Of a stretch of DNA of 64,000 bases, positions 10,128 through 20,028 are shown one piece after another. Under the pieces are notes generated by a model. The model was given only the letters and a program-made list of their open reading frames with translations, was not told the DNA's origin and searched no databases. A program made the position numbers and the translations under genes. The stretch is from Gammaproteobacteria bacterium (GTDB lineage: Bacteria > Pseudomonadota > Gammaproteobacteria > GCA-002705445 > GCA-002716945). The number at the start of each line of letters is the position of its first letter. Positions within the stretch are counted from its first letter, which is position 1. Location of the stretch: assembly GCA_045561295.1 (NCBI GenBank), contig JBJKYD010000009.1, positions 128,001 through 192,000 of the forward strand, read 5' to 3'.

Positions 10128-11403
10128 ATCAAAATCTATCTTTAATAAAACAAAAAAAGTTATTCCTGGTGGAGTTAATTCTCCAGTCCGGTCTTTTGCT
10201 GCTGTATCTTCAACACCTTTTATAGTAAAAAAATCTAAAGGGTCATTGATAACTGATGTTGATAATAATACTTATGTTGATTTTATTGGATCTTGGGGTG
10301 CAATGATTTTAGGTCATAGTGATAAAAGAATTCTGAAAAAACTCAATTCAGTCTCAAGAAATGGGCTGACTTATGGGGCTCCGAATGAAGCTGAAACCGA
10401 GATGGCAGAATTTATTGTTAAGCATATTCCGTCTATAGAAAAAGTTAGAATGGTAAGCTCTGGAACTGAAGCAACTATGAGTGCTGCAAGACTTGCAAGA
10501 GGTTATACAAAAAAAGATATAATAATTAAATTCAACGGTTGCTACCATGGACATGGCGATGCATTTTTAGTAGAAGCAGGGTCTGGCGCGACTACTTTTG
10601 GCAAGCCAAGTTCTAGTGGTGTAACAAAAGGATCCTCTAAAGACACTATATCGTTAATGTATAATGATAAAGATCAAATAAAGAGAATATTTAGTAAATA
10701 CAAAAATAAAATAGCCTGTGTCATTATCGAGCCTATTGCTGGGAATATGAATTTTGTCAGGGCAGATAAATCTTTCTTAAGTCTCGTAAGGAAATTATGT
10801 ACACAGAATAATTCTCTTCTAATCTTTGATGAGGTAATGACAGGCTTTCGTGTGAATTTCAAAGGTGCTCAACATTGTTACAACATTAAGCCAGACTTGA
10901 CTACTTTTGGAAAAGTTATTGGGGGCGGTCTCCCGGTAGGTGCATTTGGAGGTAAGTCTAAAATAATGAATATGTTAGCTCCTGAAGGTCCTATATATCA
11001 GGCAGGGACACTATCAGGAAATCCATTAGCTATGCATTGCGGATTGGAAACACTTAAAATAATTTCCAAGAAAACTTTTTTTACAAATTTAAGTTCTAAA
11101 ACAAAATCTTTTGTAGATAACCTAAATAATATTGCTAACAAATATGACTATGCATTTCATGCCGACTCTGAAGGTGGAATGTTTGGGTTATACTTTACGC
11201 ATGATATACCTAAAAATATACAAGATATTAAAAACTCTAACTTAGAAGAGTTTAATAAGTTTTTCATACATATGCTAAAAAATGGGGTTTTCTTTGCTCC
11301 ATCTGCATATGAAGCTGGATTTATGTCCGAGTCTCATACTGAACGAAATCTTAAGAAGATATACAAGTTGTTTGAGAAATTTATCTTAAACTCTACTTTA
11401 TAA
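10114..11403 (+). CDS. hemL: Glutamate-1-semialdehyde 2,1-aminomutase
   Basis: PGGVNSPVR, SGTEATMSA, FDEVMTGFR, GKVIGGGLPVG. Confidence 0.98.
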   Translation: MKSIKSKSIFNKTKKVIPGGVNSPVRSFAAVSSTPFIVKKSKGSLITDVDNNTYVDFIGSWGAMILGHSDKRILKKLNSVSRNGLTYGAPNEAETEMAEFIVKHIPSIEKVRMVSSGTEATMSAARLARGYTKKDIIIKFNGCYHGHGDAFLVEAGSGATTFGKPSSSGVTKGSSKDTISLMYNDKDQIKRIFSKYKNKIACVIIEPIAGNMNFVRADKSFLSLVRKLCTQNNSLLIFDEVMTGFRVNFKGAQHCYNIKPDLTTFGKVIGGGLPVGAFGGKSKIMNMLAPEGPIYQAGTLSGNPLAMHCGLETLKIISKKTFFTNLSSKTKSFVDNLNNIANKYDYAFHADSEGGMFGLYFTHDIPKNIQDIKNSNLEEFNKFFIHMLKNGVFFAPSAYEAGFMSESHTERNLKKIYKLFEKFILNSTL

Positions 11404-12679
11404 TAGTAATTTGTATATCAGCAACATTAGTTCCAGTAGCACCAATTTTAATTAGAGCATTGATCTTATCAAAAAACGTATATGAGTCATTATTGGATAA
11501 ATATTGATCCAAATTAAGACCACTGGAATTGTATGAATTAATAGTATTAGTATCAACAATAGCGCCTGCTGCATCAGTAGGCCCATCAATACCATCGGTA
11601 CCTACAGAATATAAGCATATCTCTCTGTTGTCATCAGAGCTAAGATAGTGTTTAAGAAATGATAGCGCAAACTCCTGATTTCTACCTCCACGTCCTTTAC
11701 CAGTTAAGTTAACAAGTGTTTCACCTCCTGAGATTAAAATTGTATTACTTGATTTAACCTTAGTTGTTTCAACAAATAGTTTTTGTGCATCTGAAATAGC
11801 TAGTTCTTCGTAAGGTTGATTTATGTTAATTACATTGAATTTTTTATTTTTAGCAAGATTCGATAAAGTTTCTTTAAACACATTATTACTGCTGATTATT
11901 TCTGTTATGTTATTTGAAAATTGTTTCGGTGTTTCCAATATATTATTTTTTGCTCCATTTTGAAGATACTTCTTTATAGACGTAGGAGCTTTTTCAAAAA
12001 TATTGTATTTTTCTAAAACATTAATAGCATCGTCAAATGTAGTTGCATCAGCGACTGTTGGACCACTGGCAATTGAACTTAAATCATCATTAATAACATC
12101 CGAAATAATTAGAGAGATAGACTTGCTTGGAAGTGCTGCAGCATTTAATCTACCACCTTTAATCTTTGATACATGTTTTCTAACTGTATTAATTTCATTT
12201 ATGTTACAACCCGAGGCTAGGAGTAAATCTGTGAGCTCAATTTTATCATTTAATGTTATTCCATCTGCAGGGTATGACAACAAAGAAGATCCGCCTCCAC
12301 TAATCAAGAATACGACAAGATCGCTACTATTAGAGTCTGATATATAATTTAAGATTTCTTTAGATGCTGCTACGCTTTTTTTATCAGGTGTTGGATGAGA
12401 TGAAATTATATGTTTAAAGTTGTAGATAGAACTATTAGTTTGAGGATTACTTACAACTATAGGTTCTTTATAGATTTTCGATTTATGATTTTTATTGAGA
12501 TACTCAAGCAAGCCATCCATCATCATTACTGATGCCTTACCAATTGCTATAGGAAATATTCTATCTGCTTTTGAAAAATCTCCGCTATATTTCTCAGATG
12601 ATTTTAGAACTATATTTGATGGTCGTTGAAGAGTTATTGCTTCTTCAAATAAAGAATGTGCAATATCTCTCAACGACAT
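11393..12679 (-). CDS. gck: Glycerate 2-kinase, class II (MOFRL/TtuD family)
   Basis: IGKAS, LISGGGSSL, SIASGPT, SGGET, GRGGRNQE, GTDGIDG, TGTNVAD. Confidence 0.93.
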   Translation of the reverse strand: MSLRDIAHSLFEEAITLQRPSNIVLKSSEKYSGDFSKADRIFPIAIGKASVMMMDGLLEYLNKNHKSKIYKEPIVVSNPQTNSSIYNFKHIISSHPTPDKKSVAASKEILNYISDSNSSDLVVFLISGGGSSLLSYPADGITLNDKIELTDLLLASGCNINEINTVRKHVSKIKGGRLNAAALPSKSISLIISDVINDDLSSIASGPTVADATTFDDAINVLEKYNIFEKAPTSIKKYLQNGAKNNILETPKQFSNNITEIISSNNVFKETLSNLAKNKKFNVININQPYEELAISDAQKLFVETTKVKSSNTILISGGETLVNLTGKGRGGRNQEFALSFLKHYLSSDDNREICLYSVGTDGIDGPTDAAGAIVDTNTINSYNSSGLNLDQYLSNNDSYTFFDKINALIKIGATGTNVADIQITIIK

Positions 12680-12691
12680 CTAGAATTTTAC

Positions 12692-13663
12692 TCAAACAAC
12701 TTTATTTGGCAGGTCTTTGTCATCAAAGAACGCAAGAGCATTATTAATGGCTGTATCACCCATTGCGATTCTGGTTTCTATAGTAGCACTTCCCAAGTGT
12801 GGGAATGAGACTACGTTTTCAAGTGTTTTAAGTTCTGATGGCAAGTTAGGTTCTGTTTCAAATACATCTAAACCTGCGCCAGCAATTTCTTTATTTACAA
12901 GTGCATCAACTAATGCCTTCTCATCAATAATATCTCCACGCGCTGTGTTTATTACAAATGCTGTAGGTTTCATCATTTCAAATCTTTCTTTATTCATTAA
13001 ATGAAATGTCTCTTTAGTTGCTGGGCAATTAACAGACACAAAATCAGATTCTTTACAAATATCTTCGATAGTATCAAGTTTAGTAGCACCAAACTTACTT
13101 ACAATATCTTGAGGAATATCGTACGGATCCCAATACAATATATCCATATCAAAGCCAAATTTAGCTCGTTGAGCCACAGCCTGACCGATTCTTCCAAATC
13201 CAATAACACCGAGTTTTTTTCCAGTAACTTTGGTACCAAGCAGGTGTGTTGGTCTCCACCCCGTCCAATTGTCAGATCTTAGCTCTCTTTCACCTTGTCC
13301 AACTCTTCTTGCAACCATAAGTAGAAGTGACATTGCAATATCAGCAGTGCAGTCCGTTAGTACAGATGGCGTATTAGATACTGTAATACCTAATTCTTTT
13401 GCAGCTTCAATATCAATATGGTTAAAACCAACACCAAAGTTAGCAATCATATTAGCAGTTCTACCTTCAACGCTTAATACATCGCGTGTTACTTTATCAG
13501 TAACTGTTGGCATGAATACATCACAGTTTTTAAGAGCATCTTTAAGTTGATCAGATGTAAAAGGAACATCTGACTCGTTAAATGTAACATCAAAATATTC
13601 TTTCAGTCTCTCCTCATTTGCTGTAGGCCAGCGTCTTGTTACTATGGCTTTTGGTTTACTCAT
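12692..13663 (-). CDS. hpr: Hydroxypyruvate/glyoxylate reductase (D-glycerate dehydrogenase, GyaR/GhrB type)
   Basis: GVGFNHID, VSNTPSVLT, GFGRIG, INTARG, PHLGSAT; lies between sga and gck. Confidence 0.88.
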   Translation of the reverse strand: MSKPKAIVTRRWPTANEERLKEYFDVTFNESDVPFTSDQLKDALKNCDVFMPTVTDKVTRDVLSVEGRTANMIANFGVGFNHIDIEAAKELGITVSNTPSVLTDCTADIAMSLLLMVARRVGQGERELRSDNWTGWRPTHLLGTKVTGKKLGVIGFGRIGQAVAQRAKFGFDMDILYWDPYDIPQDIVSKFGATKLDTIEDICKESDFVSVNCPATKETFHLMNKERFEMMKPTAFVINTARGDIIDEKALVDALVNKEIAGAGLDVFETEPNLPSELKTLENVVSFPHLGSATIETRIAMGDTAINNALAFFDDKDLPNKVV

Positions 13664-13673
13664 TTAATATCTC

Positions 13674-14840
13674 CTAATTTGATGACCAGTACTTAGATGC
13701 AGCTGCTGCACCACTACCAGGCTCGACTTTTATACCATTATCTAACATGGCCATCTCAGCACCTGAAATTGCACCAAATAACATACATTCATTTAAATCG
13801 CCCAAGTGACCGATTCTAAATACCTTGCCTGCAACTTTCGACAGACCAGCTCCTAAAGCAAGGTTATATTTATGAAATGCTGTACTAATAACTTTAGCTC
13901 CATCAACTCCCTCGGGAACCATGATTGCAGAGACAGTATCTGAATACCATTTCTCTTCTTTAGCACATAACTTTAAACCCCAGCCTTCCGTTATAGCTTT
14001 TCTAGTTCCTTCTGCTAAGCGATGATGTCTTTTCCATACATTCTCAAGGCCTTCGTCTAAAATCATATCTATAGCAACTCTAAAACCTCTTAGTAGATTT
14101 ACAGGAGGTGTATATGGTAGGTAACCTCCATCAAGTTTTTCTATCATGTCAGCTACATCAAAATAGCATGTTGGATAATTTGAGTCTTTCATTGATGCAA
14201 TGGCTTTTTGACTGACGCCTAATATTCCAAGTCCTGCAGGCAACATAAAGCCTTTTTGTGAACCACTTACAATTGCATCCACACCCCACTTATCCATTTC
14301 AAATTCATAACTTGCAACAGAACTAACTCCATCTACAAAAAGAAGCGCTGGATGATTTAAATCATCAAGGATTTTTCTGATAGCTTGTACATCACTTCTA
14401 ACACCTGTGGCTGTTTCATTTTGACAGACCAGTACAGCTTTGATTTCATGGTTTTTATCTGCTGATAATTCTCTGTGATAACTTTCAGGATTAGCGCCTG
14501 TGCCCCACTCTTCTTCCATTGTGATAGCTTCGAATTGAAGTCTCTTGCACATATCTAGCCAAAGCATACTAAACTGACCAAAACTAGCACCTAATACTTT
14601 ATCACCTATATTTAGCGTACTTTGTAATGCTGCTTCCCAGCAACCTGTACCTGATGATGGGAAAAAAACAACTTTCCCTGTTTCTGTTTTTAAAAGTTTC
14701 TTTAAATCTTGTGTAATCGGCTGGATTAGATCTGGTATTGTTGGATTTCTGTGATCTTCCATAGGGCAATGTATTGCCTGTTGAACTGCTGAGGGAACAT
14801 TAGATGGCCCTGGTACGAATAAAAAGTGATGTCCTGACAT
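13674..14840 (-). CDS. sgaA: Serine-glyoxylate aminotransferase (class V PLP)
   Basis: LFVPGPSN, EDHR, SGTGCWEAAL, FGQFS, EEEWGTGA, NETATGV, GSQKGFMLPAG, FRIGHLG; closely resembles methylotroph SgaA. Confidence 0.88.
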   Translation of the reverse strand: MSGHHFLFVPGPSNVPSAVQQAIHCPMEDHRNPTIPDLIQPITQDLKKLLKTETGKVVFFPSSGTGCWEAALQSTLNIGDKVLGASFGQFSMLWLDMCKRLQFEAITMEEEWGTGANPESYHRELSADKNHEIKAVLVCQNETATGVRSDVQAIRKILDDLNHPALLFVDGVSSVASYEFEMDKWGVDAIVSGSQKGFMLPAGLGILGVSQKAIASMKDSNYPTCYFDVADMIEKLDGGYLPYTPPVNLLRGFRVAIDMILDEGLENVWKRHHRLAEGTRKAITEGWGLKLCAKEEKWYSDTVSAIMVPEGVDGAKVISTAFHKYNLALGAGLSKVAGKVFRIGHLGDLNECMLFGAISGAEMAMLDNGIKVEPGSGAAAASKYWSSN

Positions 14841-14955
14841 ATGATTTTTTCCTAAATAACTGTTAATTGGTTGTGGTTACTAAAATAATTCGGTTTATTA
14901 TGCCATATTTAACCAGATTTTAAACTAGAATGTACTCACTTTGGATGCATAACAT

Positions 14956-15726
14956 ATGGAATTAATATACGTATACATACTTATCGGCTTTATTGGAGGG
15001 ATTACAGCAGGAATGCTTGGTCTGGGTGGTGGAATTATATTTGTACCCGGCTTGATGATAATTCATAAATATTTTGATATGTTTAGTGGTCATGAATTAC
15101 AAGTAGCTGTTTATACATCTCTAATATGTATAATTTTTGCTGGCTCTACAAGTTCATATTTACATTACAAAAATAAATTGATAAATCTAAAGTTAGTTAG
15201 AAAATATTTCATATTTGTAAGTGTAGGTTGTTTTTTTGGTATTTATATTCTTGAACATACCTCTTCAGAATTACTTGAAATTATTTATAGCTTAATATTA
15301 ATAGTTTTAGCTATGTTATTAATAAGTGATGCTAGAATTATTAAAGATAATATTAAGACATTAGATAAGATTGGATATTTATATTTTTTTAGTAATGGAA
15401 CTATAAGCTCTTTAATGGGGATAGGTGGCGGAACATTATCTGTACCATACTTATCTTTCATTATTAATGATATTAAAAAATCAATTGCTACTGCATCTGC
15501 TATTGGTTTGATAATAGCAATAACATCTCTGATTTATATGTTCATACTTAATGCTAGTATTTATACAGAGAAACTTAATCATTTGTCATTATTGATTCTT
15601 ATCCCTTCAAGTATTTTAGGATCTTATACTGGTGTATACCTCTTGAAAATTATAGATCCAGAGAAGGTTAAAAATATATTTTCTGCTTTATTGATAGTTG
15701 TTGCCATTTACTTATTGATTGATTAA
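14956..15726 (+). CDS. Sulfite exporter TauE/SafE family membrane protein
   Basis: AGMLGLGGGIIFVP and SSLMGIGGGTLSVP duplicated motifs. Confidence 0.88.
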   Translation: MELIYVYILIGFIGGITAGMLGLGGGIIFVPGLMIIHKYFDMFSGHELQVAVYTSLICIIFAGSTSSYLHYKNKLINLKLVRKYFIFVSVGCFFGIYILEHTSSELLEIIYSLILIVLAMLLISDARIIKDNIKTLDKIGYLYFFSNGTISSLMGIGGGTLSVPYLSFIINDIKKSIATASAIGLIIAITSLIYMFILNASIYTEKLNHLSLLILIPSSILGSYTGVYLLKIIDPEKVKNIFSALLIVVAIYLLID

Positions 15727-16805
15727 ATTCTATTATCACAACCAGTAGCTTTTTTAATGATAGTTGGTTTCATGAGTAATGTTTTATCAAAAAAGTTTAA
15801 AAGATATTTTTTAAAATCATCTGGCATCAACTCAGATGAGTGAAATTGTATTATTAAATCAAGTATATGTTGAAGGCTATTGTTTTTAGATATGCGTTTG
15901 ATTGCATACTCACGAGATATAACTTTCAAATCATGATGTTTTAAGATTAATTGTGTGAGAAATGATATATCTTCAATACCCATATTTAAACCCAAACCCG
16001 CGAGTGGGTGAAATTTATGCGCTGATTCTCCGATAAGTAAATTATTTTGATAAAAATATATATCTGCATGTCTAGCAGACAGAGGAAATGATTCCCCGAT
16101 AGTTATTTCTTGAATCTCACCTAGAATAAAATTAGCTCTCTTTTCAATAAGTGTTTTATATTCTTTCATATCCTCTAAAGATATTTTTTCAAATAAATTA
16201 TTTGGCATACTCCAAATTAAATTATAGCAATACTCATTAATAGGGAGAAAACCCAATATTTCATTATTGAAAAATATTTGTCTTGGAACATTATTATTTG
16301 ATTTTGAGTGAGTGATATTAATATTTATAGCTGTTTGATTATAAGTTTTTGAAGTATAGTTTTTTGATTGAATTTCAGGAGACACGTCTTTGTAATCAGA
16401 AATTATGTTTGTAGAGGTAGAGAGATTATCAGAATAATTCTTTTCAGAAATAAAGTTAAAGTTTTTATTAGCTGTAATTTTTTTTGTTACTGAATTTATC
16501 AGATTGTCTTCATTAATAATATAACCTAAGTAGTCAATATTTATATCTTTAGCATGGAAAGATAGTGTCTTTACATCTTTCTTATATATTTCAATATTAT
16601 TATATGGAACGATGTGCTTTGATTCCATATGATCCCAAATGGTTAAATGTTCCAAAAATTTCTTACTGAAGTAATTAAGTGAATAATATCTCCCAAATGA
16701 TTTCAAATTTTGTTTTCTTAAACTTATATTCTCAATTCCATATTTATTTAGACTCAAAGCCATAATGTAAGATATAAGACTCGTGCTAGATATATTGAAG
16801 TTCAT
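15723..16805 (-). CDS. UbiI/UbiF(VisC)-like ubiquinone hydroxylase homologue, degenerate FAD motifs
   Basis: GESAHKFHPLAGLGLNMGIED; position after ubiH; lacks N-terminal GxGxxG. Confidence 0.7.
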   Translation of the reverse strand: MNFNISSTSLISYIMALSLNKYGIENISLRKQNLKSFGRYYSLNYFSKKFLEHLTIWDHMESKHIVPYNNIEIYKKDVKTLSFHAKDINIDYLGYIINEDNLINSVTKKITANKNFNFISEKNYSDNLSTSTNIISDYKDVSPEIQSKNYTSKTYNQTAININITHSKSNNNVPRQIFFNNEILGFLPINEYCYNLIWSMPNNLFEKISLEDMKEYKTLIEKRANFILGEIQEITIGESFPLSARHADIYFYQNNLLIGESAHKFHPLAGLGLNMGIEDISFLTQLILKHHDLKVISREYAIKRISKNNSLQHILDLIIQFHSSELMPDDFKKYLLNFFDKTLLMKPTIIKKATGCDNRI

Positions 16806-16809
16806 ATTG

Positions 16810-17955
16810 TTATATATTTAGGATTCTTTTAATAAAAAAGTTTTTAATCGTATTTGATAAGTTTAGGGTTTTTGCAATAAAAGATGAAGAGATTGCTGCA
16901 AGTATATTATTTTTCAGTAATAGTGAAGATGTTAAATCAATTCCATTAAAAAGTTCATTTCTTCTTTTAGTGATATCATTTATTACATGCTCAGTAGATT
17001 TATCGTTACTAGATAAATATTCCCATTGTGTATCAAGCTTTTTTATGCAATCTAATGCAAAGTTAAATCCTTGAGCCCCAAACGGGTGTAATAGCTGTGA
17101 TGAATTTCCTAAAAATAGAGTCTTTTTAAAAAACCAACTGTCCAATCTAGCTGTATTAAGAGGATGTTTGTAAATAAGCTTAAGATTTTTTAAATTTTTT
17201 ACATATGGTAATAGCTGACGTACTAATAAATTTTCATTAACAGTATTAGATTCAAATTTAAAGTCATCAATAAATTGATTATGAATTGTTGCTACAATTG
17301 ATTTTTTATTTCCATTACCAGGCAAAACAGCAAATACACCTTTATCAGTGAATATTTGTGCAGTCGATTTCTCCATCGAGTCATATTCACCATTAAAGAT
17401 ATATGATGTTTGATCATAGTTAATATTCTTGTAAGGTATATTGAGCTTTTCTGCAAATTTGGAGTTAGCTCCATCTGTGACTATAAGTTGACCGAAATCT
17501 ATCGCCTCAGACTCATTAGGTAGATAAATTTTTGATAATGACTCCAATTGCTTTATATCTAATTCAGTATTATCTATAACATCAATATTCTTATTTTTCT
17601 TAGACAAGTTTCTTAAATAAGATAAAAAAGATGCTTTATCTACAACTTGTCCAATCGATTCAAAATTTATATCGCTAGTTGATATTTTTATTGTGTTGAA
17701 ACTATTAAAAAGCTTTATATACAGTGATTCAATTAGATTACTTTTAATTAAATTTTCGTCCCAAATATTTTTTTCTTTTAGAAAGTTTACAGAATTTATA
17801 CTTAGTGAAAGTGGAGAGTAATCATCTGTTATAATCTTATTGATCTTGTTTTTTTCTATTAAACAAACTGATTTATTCTTGCTACTGATAGATAAAGATG
17901 CCATACAACCTACAAGTCCGCCACCTATAACAACAAAATCGTATTTTTTAGCCAT
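16810..17955 (-). CDS. ubiH: 2-octaprenyl-6-methoxyphenol hydroxylase-like FAD monooxygenase
   Basis: VIGGGLVG, VTDGANS, GNSSQLLHPFGAQGFN; pepP-ubiH synteny. Confidence 0.8.
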   Translation of the reverse strand: MAKKYDFVVIGGGLVGCMASLSISSKNKSVCLIEKNKINKIITDDYSPLSLSINSVNFLKEKNIWDENLIKSNLIESLYIKLFNSFNTIKISTSDINFESIGQVVDKASFLSYLRNLSKKNKNIDVIDNTELDIKQLESLSKIYLPNESEAIDFGQLIVTDGANSKFAEKLNIPYKNINYDQTSYIFNGEYDSMEKSTAQIFTDKGVFAVLPGNGNKKSIVATIHNQFIDDFKFESNTVNENLLVRQLLPYVKNLKNLKLIYKHPLNTARLDSWFFKKTLFLGNSSQLLHPFGAQGFNFALDCIKKLDTQWEYLSSNDKSTEHVINDITKRRNELFNGIDLTSSLLLKNNILAAISSSFIAKTLNLSNTIKNFFIKRILNI

Positions 17956-19240
17956 GAGCCATTTGAGTCTCTATAGCAGTGACAGTTTTTGGGACAGCTT
18001 CAGATAAAACTATTGGACCTTTCTTAGTGATCAGAACATCATCCTCAATCCTAATAGCAATATTATGAAATTTCTTATCAACGCCACTATCTTTAGAAAT
18101 ATATATCCCTGGTTCTACAGTAAAAATCATTCCTGGTTTTAACTTCACAGGCTTACCGTTGATGACGTATGGACAAGGGTCATGAACATCTAGTCCCAGC
18201 CAATGTCCAGTATTATGCATGTAGAATTTTTTATATTTTTCACTTTCAATGTTCTTTTCTAATGTTCCTCTAAGTATTTTTACATCCAAGAGACCTTTTA
18301 CAATATATCTGACTGCTATTCTATGAATGTTTGTTAGGGTTTGATTAACAAGACAAGATTTAATTGCCATAGTCTGTGCTTTTAGTACGATATTATAAAT
18401 TAGCTTTTGATATTGATTAAATTTACCTGATATGGGTATTGTCCGGGTAATATCAGAAGCATAATTTTTATATTCAGCAGCTGCATCTACCAAAAGTAAA
18501 TCGTCAGCTTTTAGGGTAGAGTTATTTTTAGTGTAATGGAGGATAGTGCCATTCTTACCGGATGCAACTATAGCAGGGTATGCTTGATTACATGCATTAT
18601 CCATACAAACTTTCATGAAATCTGATTCAATTTGATATTCTTTCAAGTTAGGTTTACAAGTTTTCATTAAATTAATATGTGCTTTAGTGGAAACTGATGC
18701 TGCATGTTTTATTTCATCAATTTCATGACTTGACTTTATTAATCTCATTTCAAATATCAAATTAGAAAGGTCTAGCCTAGATGATAAGTAATTAGAATTA
18801 GTTAAGTATCTACTTGTAACTGAACTTTCTAAGTTTGATAAAAATTCCACCATGCGATCATGATGATGAAACTCATAATATAAATTCTCTATATCTCTTA
18901 GGTTGATTTTCTCTATTTCATCAAAATAAATAACACTATCTAAATTATATTTGGACCTATACGAAGAATTAGAAGGGATTTGTCCCGTCCAAATACGGTC
19001 TTTATCATTGGGTCTATGACAAATCAATGTTGTAGAAGTATCGTTATTATATTTTGTCATAATAAGCACTAATGAAGGATCATCTATACCTGTCAAATAA
19101 AAGAAATTACTCGACTGCCTAAACTTATATGTGACATCGTTGTTCCTGGTTTTCTCTTCTTCTGAGAAAATTATGCATGAAGAGTTATCACTTATTTTAT
19201 TAAGCAATTTCTTCCTTCTATTTATAAAATCATCATTCAT
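17948..19240 (-). CDS. pepP: Xaa-Pro aminopeptidase
   Basis: FRQSSNFFYLTG, YASDITRT, GHWLGLDVHD, TVEPG, RIEDD. Confidence 0.96.
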   Translation of the reverse strand: MNDDFINRRKKLLNKISDNSSCIIFSEEEKTRNNDVTYKFRQSSNFFYLTGIDDPSLVLIMTKYNNDTSTTLICHRPNDKDRIWTGQIPSNSSYRSKYNLDSVIYFDEIEKINLRDIENLYYEFHHHDRMVEFLSNLESSVTSRYLTNSNYLSSRLDLSNLIFEMRLIKSSHEIDEIKHAASVSTKAHINLMKTCKPNLKEYQIESDFMKVCMDNACNQAYPAIVASGKNGTILHYTKNNSTLKADDLLLVDAAAEYKNYASDITRTIPISGKFNQYQKLIYNIVLKAQTMAIKSCLVNQTLTNIHRIAVRYIVKGLLDVKILRGTLEKNIESEKYKKFYMHNTGHWLGLDVHDPCPYVINGKPVKLKPGMIFTVEPGIYISKDSGVDKKFHNIAIRIEDDVLITKKGPIVLSEAVPKTVTAIETQMAHG

Positions 19241-19742
19241 TCGAGTTCCTTTTAAATAAGTATAAAGCTGATTTTGTAATGTAGCTATTTATATCACTGA
19301 AGTTATCCTTGGGTGAACATTTATCATCAGTTTGGTATTTTTGATTTATCTGGCTTATTTCATCAAATATATCTAAAATCTCTTTTTCTCTTAAATCATC
19401 GTTAGATGATGAACTATTTTGATATGAAATTAGAAAATAATATGTCCACTCAGATAGGGCGGTAGCAATATCAATATTTTCTTTCATCATGTAGTCACTT
19501 TCAGGGTATATTTCAAGAAACTCCTGTGATAACTCTGAACTTATTAGATTTGTAAGCTTGTCAGTTAAAGTTAGAGATTCTTCAGTCAAATCTAAAAATT
19601 TCATCATTTTATCTTTTTTTGTCTTTTGCTCTTCAGAAGATAATACCAATCCTATAAAAAATCCATGGACTTCAAATTCTGTGAAGGGGCAATCATCCAA
19701 TTCAATTATTTGTTCGATAAGATCTTTTGTAGAATTTTTCAT
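19233..19742 (-). CDS. UPF0149 (YgfB) family protein
   Basis: EVHGFFIGL, ALSEW; canonical ygfB-pepP-ubiH order; start revised to ATG 19742. Confidence 0.75.
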   Translation of the reverse strand: MKNSTKDLIEQIIELDDCPFTEFEVHGFFIGLVLSSEEQKTKKDKMMKFLDLTEESLTLTDKLTNLISSELSQEFLEIYPESDYMMKENIDIATALSEWTYYFLISYQNSSSSNDDLREKEILDIFDEISQINQKYQTDDKCSPKDNFSDINSYITKSALYLFKRNSNE

Positions 19743-19770
19743 AGAAAAGCAATGTAAATTAATAATTTTA

Positions 19771-19799
19771 TTGATTAATGTGGTTACTAAAACTATATT
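19771..19799 (+). promoter_or_regulatory. Putative sigma70 promoter giving a leaderless transcript
   Basis: TTGATT (19771-76), 17 nt, TATATT (19794-99), 7 nt, ATG 19807. Confidence 0.55.
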
Positions 19800-19806
19800 A
19801 TACAGT

Positions 19807-20028
19807 ATGTCAGATATATTAGATAAATTGAATATATTAAAAGAGAACCTTAAAGCTCTCGACAATCAGTTCCAATCTACAAATTTAGAAAACCAATTAT
19901 TAAAAAATCAACAGGGACAATTGGTTGCTGAAAAAGCTGCATTGATAAAAAAAAATGAAACAGCAAAATCTCATTTGAAGTCTCTGCTTGAAAGAATAGA
20001 TAACATAAAAGATTATGGAAAAGACTAA
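19807..20028 (+). CDS. Coiled-coil protein, TIGR02449/ZapB-like
   Basis: MSDILDKLN...EKAALIKKNETAKSHLKSLLERI; immediately upstream of zapA, divergent from ygfB. Confidence 0.8.
   Translation: MSDILDKLNILKENLKALDNQFQSTNLENQLLKNQQGQLVAEKAALIKKNETAKSHLKSLLERIDNIKDYGKD

Noticed and set aside
12003-13550. Several 90-114 aa plus-strand ORFs opposite gck and hpr, with similar ones opposite pgk, rpoD, trkH and bioB
   Set aside because: Ser/Ile/Phe/Pro-rich antisense shadows of real genes with no motifs or RBS.
19558-19865. Long mutual overlap of ORFs 19233-19865 and 19558-20028
   Set aside because: Likely starts are 19742 (minus) and 19807 (plus), leaving a normal divergent promoter.
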